From the NCBI RefSeq assembly GCF_001447785.1, contig NW_015170345.1, positions 62,001-126,000 of the forward strand: 64,000 nt of DNA, given 5' to 3'. This document shows, in pieces, positions 13,182-59,830 of the stretch. The stretch comes from Gekko japonicus (Eukaryota). The notes beneath the pieces are model-generated. The model searched no databases, was not told the origin of the DNA, and was given only the letters and a program-made list of their open reading frames with translations. Position 1 is the first letter of the stretch; every line of letters begins with the position of its first letter. The position numbers were made by a program, and so were the translations under genes.

Positions 13182-13507
13182 AGGGCCACGGTGGCTCTAA
13201 GGTTAAGACGCTGAGCTGCAGACCAGAAGGTCGGTAGCGTGGCAGTTCGAGACCCTAATGCTGTGTGATGGAGTGAGCTCCCGTCTCTGGCCCCAGCTCC
13301 TGCCAACCTAGCAATTCAAAAGCAAAAAATTGCAAGTAGATAAATAGGTACCATTTCGGTGGGAAGGTAACAGCATTCTGTGCTGGCCACATGACCATGG
13401 AAAAGTCTTCAGACAGTGCTGGCTCTTCGGCTTGGAAATGGAGATGAGCACCGTCCCCTAGAGTTGGATTCAACTGGCTTTCAAGCAAGGGAAACCTTTA
13501 CTTTTTT
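13182..13507 (+). mobile_element. Sauria SINE
   Basis: tRNA-like head, gagctcccgtc..cctgccaacctagc..agtagataaataggtacc body, acctttac tail. Confidence 0.88.
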
Positions 13508-13630
13508 AACCTCTAGGTGGGGCCTCAAGTTCTCCCAGAATTAGAACTGATCTCCAGATTACAGAGATCAGTTTCCCTTGATGAAATGGCAGCTTCAGAG
13601 GGTGGACATGGTATTCCATAGATTCTAGGA

Positions 13631-14054
13631 CAGGGGTGTCAAACTCATTTGTTATGAGGGCTGGATCTGACATAAATGAGACCTTGTTTGTGCCGGGCCA
13701 TGTGTGTCATAAAATATAATGCCAGGTAGTGGAGATATTAACTTCATAAAGGACACAAACACAAAGTGTTTTTTTTACTTAAAATAAAAAACATGCTTAA
13801 AACATTAGCTCTGTAAGCTGCAAACCTACTTTTGATTTATTGACATTCACCACAAAAATCTCATGCTCAGAGTTCTGAGTCTAGGACCCAGGTTAAAACA
13901 TGAAATGGCTGAGTGATTAAGTGAGTCTGGCAAAGCAAGCTATGATGCAGCAGCAGCAGAACTGGAAGCAGGATATGGCCAGTTCCATTGAGGGCCTGAT
14001 GGAAGCCTTCCGGGGGCCTAATCCAGCCCCCAGGCCGCATGTTTGACACCCCTC
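13631..14054. mobile_element. Non-autonomous hAT (Charlie-like) element
   Basis: TIR caggggtgtcaaac..gtttgacacccct; TSD ttctagga/gtctagga. Confidence 0.85.
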
Positions 14055-15339
14055 GTCTAGGAAAAGCTGAATTCCCACCTCAGGCATCACCCTGAAATAG
14101 CTAGGAATTTCCCAAGCCAACGTTGGCAATCCAAGGTGAAATGAATCCATAGGAAAATTACTTATTGGCAACTACCAGAAATGTGGCAATTGTGGGGTGA
14201 AAAGAATGCTTGATCCTTCAAATGACAAAGGTCTTCTTAATTGTTGTCAATACAAAAATATTCATAGGTTAAATATCAGCATACACTGTTGCATTTTATC
14301 GGATTTAATTAGGACTGATAGCAGTAAGTCAAATAAATACTCTTGCAGGCTTTCTACTGATTGAGGTATAAAATTCACAGCAATCCAACCATATTCTTCA
14401 TTTGCAAAATAAAGGCAGTATGGAAGATTTAAAAGGTTTGATTTTTACTGCCTCTCAATAGTACAATACTGTCACCAAATTCTATACGATATATTTAAAG
14501 TAATGAATAATTCATAGTTTTCAAATGTTTAAAGTATACGAATGGAAGAAACAGGCAGAGCAATTCTAAACAGCATCAAACCCTTCTACATCCACTAAAG
14601 TCAATGGGCTTAGAAGGGTGTGACTGTTTAGGATTGCACTATAAATCTTCCATCTCTCAGTGCTGTACCCATTTCAACACAAGGCGTCTTTAAAAATATT
14701 GTCTGTTTCTTCTAGAAAACATCTCCAGAAATATCCCACTAACATAATTACAAAAGCATTTGTTCTTAAACATGTGAAGATACACTGGATAGGAGGGTCC
14801 CCTGCCTATTCCACACCTTTTTTGTGTGCATGCGCCCAATCCAGAACAATCTATGCACGGACGCCTGCTTCTATGCACTGGACCCTAGCTGATGAACTGG
14901 GATACATAGGTAAGAAAGTGCATTCAACTTCATGCCTCTGGGAAAAGTGCTTTATGTGCATAATTTGCCTCAAGTGGTTTACCCTCCTTTTCATTATATT
15001 TCCTTCACAAAATACTTTTTTTGTGCCTGGAGCAGCTCGACTTAAAAGGAACACTTCTTCATGGAAAATATTGTGTATCTTAGGGGAAAAGCGATATTTG
15101 CTTGTGTTCTGAGGACAACAGCGCTAGTCTTCTTTATTCTGTTAACTAAAACAATCTTGCTAGAGCCTGCCCACCTGTTTGTTTGTTTTTTAAACTAAAC
15201 CATACACCCCCTGGTTCGTTAGTTTAGATCATAACAGTTAAAATGAGGTGTTTACTTGTATATTGGTAAAAATAATACTTGAAAAATGTTTCATTAATGT
15301 AGCGTTGGCACTTTTTTCTTATTATGCTCAAGGTGTCTA

Positions 15340-15744
15340 CGTAAATCAGGGGTCCCCTGTAATGCCCGTGGGTGCCATGGTCCCCACTGACACCATTCAT
15401 GGCACTTGCCAAGTATTTTAGAAGCCACGTAAATCAGGGGTCCCCAGTAATGCCCGTGGGTGCCATGGGGGTCCCCACTGACACCGTTCATGGCACTTGC
15501 CAAGTATTTTAGAAGCAGGGCCAGGTAGGGCTTTCACTGAGCAAGGGCTCTCATTGGCCCTTGGAGATCTGATTGGCTGTGCAGATTTGTTAAAAAGTTG
15601 CTTTGGCAGCAGCTGCCGAAACAGCACATAGATCTTCACTGTGTGACTGAAGGTAAGCTATGGCAGCCATTTTGTGGCTGTGTGCACCATGATGTGTCAG
15701 AATTCCAAAGGTGCCTGCAGGCTCAAAAGGTCGGCAATCCCTGG
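15340..15744 (-). mobile_element. hAT-type element in the ADAM 3'UTR, one end tandemly duplicated (about 90 bp)
   Basis: caggggtccc ends at about 15347 and 15436, opposite end at about 15744; related element at about 40280-41297. Confidence 0.7.
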
Positions 15745-15764
15745 TCTAAACGGACGAGACTCTT

Positions 15765-51968
<36,204 letters not shown>

Positions 51969-52946
51969 GGTCTGCTCTTCCAACTTTATTTATGAAGATG
52001 CTCCGTTTGGTAATTTCACAGGGATTTCATTTAATAGCTAGAAAAAACAGTAAAACTTAAACTTATGAACACAGAGGAAAAAGTAAGAAGAGAAACTCAG
52101 ATAACACTCATAGTGAAAGAGGAACTTTGCTCTTTGCCAATCCTGCAAAAACTGGTTAGACAACTTACCAGTACAAACACTCTGATTGGGGCAAGCCAGC
52201 CTTACTAAGCAAAACTGGATTCTTCTTAAACAATTTTATGAGACCTTGGGCAATCTTCACTGCTAGTACACCTGCCTTTTATCTGGAATGCATCACTTGT
52301 GAATGCTAGAGCAGGATACAAACGGCTTCAAAATAAAATGTACATTCTATATTTGAGACACAGATAGGGAAACTTCCCCCTGAAGGGGGAAAAACCCGCT
52401 GAAGAGGGGGCTTTGTTAGTAAAGATCCAAATTCTAGAACCAACAGCAATAGTTTTAATGAGAGGAGTAAACAAAGTATTGTGGCAATATAGTTGCTCAA
52501 CTCACTGTAAAGTAAGCTGCTTCAGCGGCAAATGAAGCAGTTATATTTGAAAAAATTCTCCCTCTCTTTTGTCACTATAAAGATACTCTGTTTTTAAGAG
52601 AAACGGGAAGCTATTTATCCATAACATACTGATAATTGGCCAAGGATGGGGCAACTTTTATTTCATATGCTATTTCTTAAAATAATTGTCTCTTCCATAT
52701 CACTTCTTGGCCTAAGAACGCAGTGACAGGAAGGAGGGGCAGGAGGGAGTCTAAATAAATATATGCAGGAAACCATTAATGTAAAACAAAACAGATTTCC
52801 AACCTAAATACCTAAGAAGCTTATCAGAGGGTCCATGGTGACATTAATAATGGTGAACTAGCTGTCTGCTTATCACCATGCTTATCACCTCCAATTTTAT
52901 TTTTGCAATGCATAGTAAGATGGGACTGTTGTGAGCATAGACTTAC

Positions 52947-53032
52947 TTCCATTTGACATGAGCACCCCTGTGGAAACTGAAGGTGAAATCCAGAATCCTC
53001 TGCAAGGAGCCAAATCAATGCAGAAAGGTTTC
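52947..53032 (-). other. Candidate 5'UTR exon of the ADAM9-like gene
   Basis: ttctctag acceptor and gtaagt donor; the ATG-bearing exon also has a strong acceptor at 52037, implying upstream non-coding exons. Confidence 0.45.
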
Positions 53033-53138
53033 CTAGAGAACAAGAAATTCATAATTGATTGACATTCATTGTACTCTTGCTTTGAAAACTACTGCTCTAG
53101 GTTTGCCAGGCTCCCCCCCACCGGGCACCAGTAGGGGG

Positions 53139-53451
53139 TAGGGCTGCCAAATAGGGCTGGGGGGGCGGGGAAACCCCCGCTTTGGAGGCCCGATTTCCGC
53201 CGCGGCGGAATCGGGCCCCGGGGGGAACCCCGCCCCCGGCATGTCGTCACTAGGAAGTGACGTGGGCACGCCGGGCACGCCAGGGGCGGGGCCACGGCCA
53301 TACAAGGGAAAACTCAACTATGTATGGCCGTGGCCGCGCCCCCAGCGTGCCCATCGTGCCTACGTCACTTTCGGGTGACGTGCACGCGCGCACTCACCTG
53401 ACGCCGGCCGGGAGCCCCCCACTCCCAGCGAAGAATTATTTGGCAACCCTA
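53139..53451. mobile_element. Young hAT element nested in an older related element (about 53097-53642)
   Basis: tagggctgcc..ggcaacccta; perfect TSD gtaggggg; CpG-rich. Confidence 0.88.
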
Positions 53452-55673
53452 GTAGGGGGTGAGGGAGTAGGATTGTCAGATCTAGGTTGGGAAATTCCTG
53501 GAGATTTGGGAATAGCAACCGGGGAGGACAGGGACCTCCCCTCCAAAGCATCTGTTTCTCCAGGAGAACTGATCTCCATAGTCTGGAGATGAGGTGTAAT
53601 TCCAGGGAATCCCCAGATCCCACGTGGATGCTGCCATCCCTATATTGCACTCAACAGAAAGATAAATAGAACTTCTACCTTCGGCCTGAAGAACTGAAGA
53701 GGAAGACACTATGAACCTTGCCACTGACCAGAGGACTAAGGGAACCCACTCCCTCTTTGGTCAAACATGTTATCAAGCGGAAGCTGTGCCTGGCCCCAGC
53801 CATCTGCCAGAGAATGAGAAGCCGTGGGGAGCATAGCTTCCCCTTCCTTATCAAAAAGAACCTGTTCTAACTGCCACTTGCCCTGAAACCACAGAATTAA
53901 GGGAGGTCCATTCTGACTTCCAGGTGCGGCCTGGATTTCTCCCACAATTACAACTGATCTCCAAACAACAAAGATCAGTTCCCCTGGAGGAAATGGCTGC
54001 ATCAAAGGGCACACACATCCCACTAGGCTCCCTCAGCAAACTCTGCCCTTCCCAGGCACTACCCCCAAATCTCTGGGAATTTCCCAAGCTGGTGTTCGCA
54101 ACCCTAACAAGAAGTCCAAGTAGGGCTTGGGGGGGGGGGGAGGTGCCGGAACTCTCAAGAGGGAAATGAAGGTTTCAATCTGTATACTGAAAACTCATGA
54201 ACTTTTAAACATTTTAAAAAGAATTTTGTCGAAGAGGTTCCGGAACTTTGTTCTGGCACGTTCCCCCAGAGAAAAAAGCCCCGAGTCCAAGGATAATTGC
54301 TCCATTTCCTCCCTCTAAGCAAAATACTGCTGAGGGAGGAGCAGCCTAGTCCCAAGCCCCAACCTGATCTACGAAAATGACCTAATTGTTTTCTAATATT
54401 GTCAGATTGATATCCTTGCTGCACCTTTTGCCCCCAGTTTCCTTGAATCTTTGTCTCGAGTCTTTGTCTCTTGAGCAATATGAGCCGCCTTGAGAAACAA
54501 CTGTTTGAAAAGTAGGTTCCAAATATAAACCTACCACAGTTAGTCACGAAAGAGAAATCAGTAGTGTTTCATCAGTGCTTGAATTAGAGAGGGAAAGGCA
54601 ATGATATCAATAAACCCTCACCTCTAAACCACATATAACTATAGCAGTTAAATAACTGGTTCTTTTTCTGCGAACCACAAAATGGAAGCGTTGTTAATGA
54701 ATAACTGAGGCAGCAAACAACACTGCATGCTATAGTTCAGAAGAAAACCAAATGTTTACCATATGATTTGCTAGCCCTCCATATGAAATGAAAAATTTAA
54801 ATACAAAAATATGTGTCTTTTAAAAGCATAATCCAAGGCAATTAATGAAAGGCCAACATGTTAGCTGAACGCACTCATTTAATTGGCAGAATTTCATCCT
54901 GATATCTAGCATGAACACTCTTTTAACTGATCCCCTGATTATATGGATTTCACCAAATTAAAATTGCCAAACATTTATGCTTGTAGCTAAAAGCACAGAT
55001 ACATTAGCACAAAAAGCCTGCCCCAAACCTACAACTGAGCATCAGAGGGGTTCTTCTCCCCATTAGAGAGATCACCTCCCCATTAGAAAGATCCAGGACT
55101 GCAGCCTGCATTCCTTTGTTGGGAGATACTCAACCCACTCCACAATCCAGTTAATTGAAGTAGTTATATTTAAGCCAACTTCAGTCAAGGACTCCAGTTT
55201 ATAGCTGGTTGGTGGACTGAAGTGTAAAGCTGGTGTAATAAAAGGCTTGACCTCACTGAGTTTCCATGTGATTCATAAACTAATGCAGTTTACATAGGCA
55301 TCTTTTACTCCTGGCAATGAAAATTGAATTTTAAATGGGTAGTGTAGACTTTCAGTTTAATTGCAAATCTGGCTACAAATCACAGCTCTTTTAGGCAGAA
55401 AACACTGAGAACAACAGTGTGACATTTTCATACACAGACATTCACAAGCATACATGCTATGTATGAATATCAGGCAAATGTGTAATTTACTGTATGTACT
55501 GCTATGTTGACAGGTGTAATTATAACACTTCGTTATTACAGCCTTGTAAGAAAAATGTATGTCAAGTACATTATGGATGTGGAATGCAACCAAACAGTGA
55601 AATCTACAAACTTGTTACAGTGTCATAACTGGATTTGAATACATGAAACAGCATTACACTGAATCAGACCCTT

Positions 55674-56234
55674 GAGCGATGGCACAGTGGGTATATCCCA
55701 CTGTCTTAACATCCGAACTGTGTCAGTTCAAGCCCCGCGCTGGTGTGAGCAGCCAGCCTGTTGTCCCCAGCTCATCGTCCACCCAGCGATTCGAAAGCCT
55801 CGGCGAGTAGATAAAATGGGAACCACTCCTTAGAGAGGGTGGGCACACCAACTCCCCTGTGGGAAGGTGTTAGCTGTCGCTTGGGACATCCTGCTCCAGG
55901 GTCGGAAGGCGGTAGAAACTACTCGGCTACAAGAAAAATCCCTGCGGTGGGATGCTCCGGCCAGGCGGTGGCAGTGTGGCGATACGACATACGGGTCCTG
56001 AAGCCCCGACGTCATCAAGCCGGTCGACGCAGCCGTTCGGGACATGACTGATCCAAGTCAGAGACGTTTCCACCGTGCAGTTACGGCGTGTGCAATTAAA
56101 AATGAATTATATGTTGTCTTTCCTATCCCATATGAAACATTGCTAGTCCCCTGTCTAAAAGTGTAACTGTAAATCACTTTGAGCCCACTCGTGGGGAAAG
56201 CAATTAATAAATTGAAAGCATTATTATTATTATT
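55674..56234 (+). mobile_element. Chimeric SINE-like element inserted in an older SINE
   Basis: tRNA-like head, Sauria-like segment, unique CpG-rich body, L2-like tail with (ATT)n; host SINE is split around it. Confidence 0.7.
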
Positions 56235-56769
56235 CATCAAAGTCAGTATTGTCCACTCAGACTGGCAGCGGCTCTCCAGAGTCTCATGCAGATCCTTTAG
56301 CTGGAGATGCCAAGGACTGAACATGAGACCTTCTGCTCACGAAACAGAAGCTTTACAACTGAGCTATGGCCCCTGCCAAACCTGCTTTAAACTTCCTTGA
56401 AACAGCTGGCCTCAATTGGTTTGTTTTACACCAACTTAAACCTGAAATACTACTCAATTTTCTCAAGTTAAGTCCCTTGGGACACAGCAAAACTTGCCTC
56501 TGAGTAAACATATATAAAAGCTAGTTATGTGCGGATCAGAATCAAAATTACCCTTTTCTCCTTTCCAGATCCTGTATCAACTTTTTTTGCAAAGCAGTTT
56601 GTTTGAGCACCATACATGCATGATTACAGCAGCCAGTCATACTTCTGATGGGGAAAGGTGCATTTTTGTTTGTTTTGTTTGCTTTTTTGAAAGAAGAAGC
56701 TTTTAGCTTTAGGTTAACTTTCCTGTTTATGTGTGTCCCCTCACTCAGTTGACTGGCACACTGAAGTAA

Positions 56770-56975
56770 TGCCTTGACCTGGTTGGTCCAGACTAGCCTG
56801 ATCTCAGAGGCTAAGTCAAATCAGCCTTGGTTCGTAGTTGGATGGGAGACCACCAAGGAATACCAGGGTTGCTACACAGAGGCAGGCAATGGCAAACCAC
56901 CTCTGAACATCTCTTGCTTTGATAACCCCAAGGGATCACTGTAAGTTGGCTGCAACTTGACAGGACTTTCCATCA
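56770..56975 (+). mobile_element. 5S rRNA-derived SINE (5S-Sauria type)
   Basis: ctgatctc..gctaag..ggatgggagacc..ggaatacc 5S head followed by RTE-type tail ggcaatggcaaaccacctctg..acttgacagg. Confidence 0.8.
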
Positions 56976-57226
56976 CCACCACATTGAAGTAACAGAAGAT
57001 GAGCAACACAAGCCTCTGGATTCAGAAGTTATTTGGGATCTTTGTTTTATAGTGAGAGTGATGAAAGCACATTGTACATGAGTGCTAGTTTTAGTATTAG
57101 AAAGTGCTGAAGTGGCAATTTACCTAGCAGAAGCTAAAAATAAATAAAAGTCTTATAGAGCCTTTAAAGACTAATAAGGTTTTAGTTTAGCATTAACTTT
57201 GATGCACTAGAGCAGACTAGTCTTCA

Positions 57227-58254
57227 TCTTCTATATATATAAAAGAAAATCCCCCTCACCGTAAAATCAATGCCCAGGCCAAACCACTGGACCTAGAAAC
57301 ACCAAATTCGGGGAGAGCGCTCCTACCGTGACGCAGGTGCTCACTAAGAAGGGATTTTTAGAAATTCAACCCCTAAGGGGGGTCAAAGGGGGTAAAAGAT
57401 GCTCCCCCCATTGATTCCTATGCAACTGCCAGGCTGCTGCCTCCCTGCACCCCCACTCTCTCATTGGTCAGCTACAGAGCTCAGTGTTCTGAGGAAAAAA
57501 AGGCAACAGTTATAGGAGACTGCAGACAGCTCATGACAGTTGAGGAAATCAGGAACGGCCAACAACAACCTGTGAGGTGTAGTGATGCCGCTGTCCCAGC
57601 CTCTCTGATGGCTTCCAACACACTCCCCCCCCACCTCCTACACCACAGGCGTCTGTCAGGTGCTGCAGCGGTTCCAGGGTGCTTAAAGCCCCGAGGGAGC
57701 CCACCCCAGCAGTAACACCTTAGTGATCCTGCTGGCCCTGCCTCCACAGTGGCTTCTAATACTCCTCCCCCTCCTACAGGCAGCTGCCTGTCAGGTGTAG
57801 GAGAGGAGGTGGGATGCTTACAGACGCCGGGGAGGTTTGCTCAGCAGGATTGCACCGTTATTATTATTATTTGTTTTCCTTGTTTAGCTACTTCACTGTA
57901 TATATGTTTTAATATTATACTTTTATTTTTATTATTTTATNNNNNNNNNNNNNNNNNNNNNNNNNNNNNNNNNNNNNNNNNNNNNNNNNNNNNNNNNNNN
58001 NNNNNNNNNNNNNNNNNNNNNNNNNNNNNNNNNNNNNNNNNNNNNNNNNNNNNNNNNNNNNNNNNNNNNNNNNNNNNNNNNNNNNNNNNNNNNNNNNNNN
58101 NNNNNNNNNNNNNNNNNNNNNNNNNNNNNNNNNNNNNNNNNNNNNNNNNNNNNNNNNNNNNNNNNNNNNNNNNNNNNNNNNNNNTCACATCATCAGTATT
58201 ATAACTGGATTTATGGAACTTAAATACCATAGCGAAGCATGGGTATCAGCCTAG
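57227..58254 (+). mobile_element. Non-autonomous Helitron-like element (spans a gap)
   Basis: A|TCTTCTATATATATAAAA 5' end; 3' hairpin atacc..gcgaagc..ggtat then CTAG|T; no TSD. Confidence 0.75.
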
Positions 58255-58612
58255 TGCTAGAATAAAACCTTGTTTAAAATGGCATACAGTTCCTGTTTAA
58301 TATTTGTGGTAATGGCTACTACTCTAGATATACTGCCTTTGATCAAATGTGAAGAATATTATTATGCTTGATAGGTAAGCTGGCAAGAGTCATTTAGTGC
58401 TTAAACATTGTTATACTGTAACATTGCTGTGTGCAGCGTTAAGTTAAATTTAGTCAAAGTATGAGGATGTGGCAAACTGGGTAACAAACCAAGATGTCTA
58501 GACATAGCTGATAAAGCAAAGCTGTGGTCTGGGAAAAAGAAACTGTTTTGCAAGATGTATATAAAATCGTAAGTATTCCAGATAGAGGCAAAAAGGCATA
58601 TATGCTTGGCAA

Positions 58613-58955
58613 AAGTAAGGTAAAGGTAAAGGTTCCCTTGCTCGAAAGCCAGTCGAATCCGACTCTAGGGTTGCGGTGCTCATCTCCGTTTCAAAGCCGA
58701 AGAGCCAGCGCTGTCCGAAGACGTTTCCGTGGTCATGTGGCCGGCATGACTAAACACCAAGGCGCACGGAACGCTGTTACCTTCCCACCGAAGTGGTACC
58801 TATTTATCTACTTGCAATTTCTTGCTTTCGAACTGCTAGGTTGGCAGGAGCTGGAACTAGAGACGGGAGCTCACTCCGTCATGCAGCACCCGGGTCTCGA
58901 ACTGCTGAACTACTGACCTTCCACAGCCTGCAGTTCAGCGTCTTAACCACTTGAG
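58613..58955 (-). mobile_element. Sauria SINE
   Basis: Reverse complement of the 13182 family; (aaaggt)n tail. Confidence 0.88.
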
Positions 58956-59319
58956 GAATGAAGCATAACCTCTGTAATTTAAGGAGTCGGACTCGACTGT
59001 GCGACTGAACAACAAAAACACATGTCTAAATGTAGTTTTTCAAACTCTCCCCTCCCTGCATGTTGTTTCTTTGCCTCCCCCAAGTCCCACAATAGTTCTT
59101 CTATTTGTAAGAATCATTTGCAAGGCAGTTGTTTACAACCTCTAAACAAAGCACACCCACATCACCAAAGAAGACCTGAGTTCGAAAGAGCATAAACTTC
59201 TGTCTTTGCTTCTATGGGGAGGGTGGGGGAGACCCACGCCGCTGCCACTTCACTATAACCATAAAGTCCCGGAATTCTCCAGCAACTCTATACAAGTGAT
59301 CACCACTCCCGTATCAAAA

Positions 59320-59830
59320 GTAACCAGGAAATCCGGTCTGTATGCAAAGCGATTGCCCCTCTAGCACTTCCTCATAAGGCATACAGGAAGAGACACCCCC
59401 CCCCCTGTTTTAAATATACGGTCGACCGCATTTCCTGTGTCCGTGAAGGCAGTAGCCACACAACAACGGAAGTTCCTGTTGCGAATAACGTCCGGCGAAG
59501 AATACGTGTCCCTTCAGTTTGGTTCCACCGCTGAGGATCCCATGCCCTGGTTGCCGGAGCTTGGCCAAGGTCGGTGCCCGCTTGACGACAACGACGAGGG
59601 ACCGCCGTTGCTACCATGGCAAACAGTGGCAGCCTGACGGCGACTCCTTCACCCGAAGACGCGCCCGACACTGACGACTCCACCACTCGCGACCCCAGAA
59701 TCTCAGCCTCCTCCTCTTGGGAATGTCGCGCGGGCCTGCCTAGCGTCTTGCGTGTTGTCTCGGAGGAGAAAGTCGGAGCTGCTGAGGAGCTTTTGGGCCC
59801 TCCGCAGAACGGGTGAGGAAGGCGCCTGAA
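59320..59830 (+). promoter_or_regulatory. CpG-island promoter of PAAT
   Basis: High CpG density; ETS-type CGGAAGT at about 59468 upstream of the ATG. Confidence 0.7.
59616..59812 (+). CDS. PAAT: PAAT exon 1
   Basis: accATGG Kozak, CpG-rich, ends AACGG|gtgag. Confidence 0.88.

Noticed and set aside
56770-56875. Functional 5S rRNA gene
   Set aside because: Degenerate, with deletions, and fused to a SINE tail.
57749-58230. ORFs of 151 and 97 aa
   Set aside because: Artefacts of the N gap inside the Helitron-like element.
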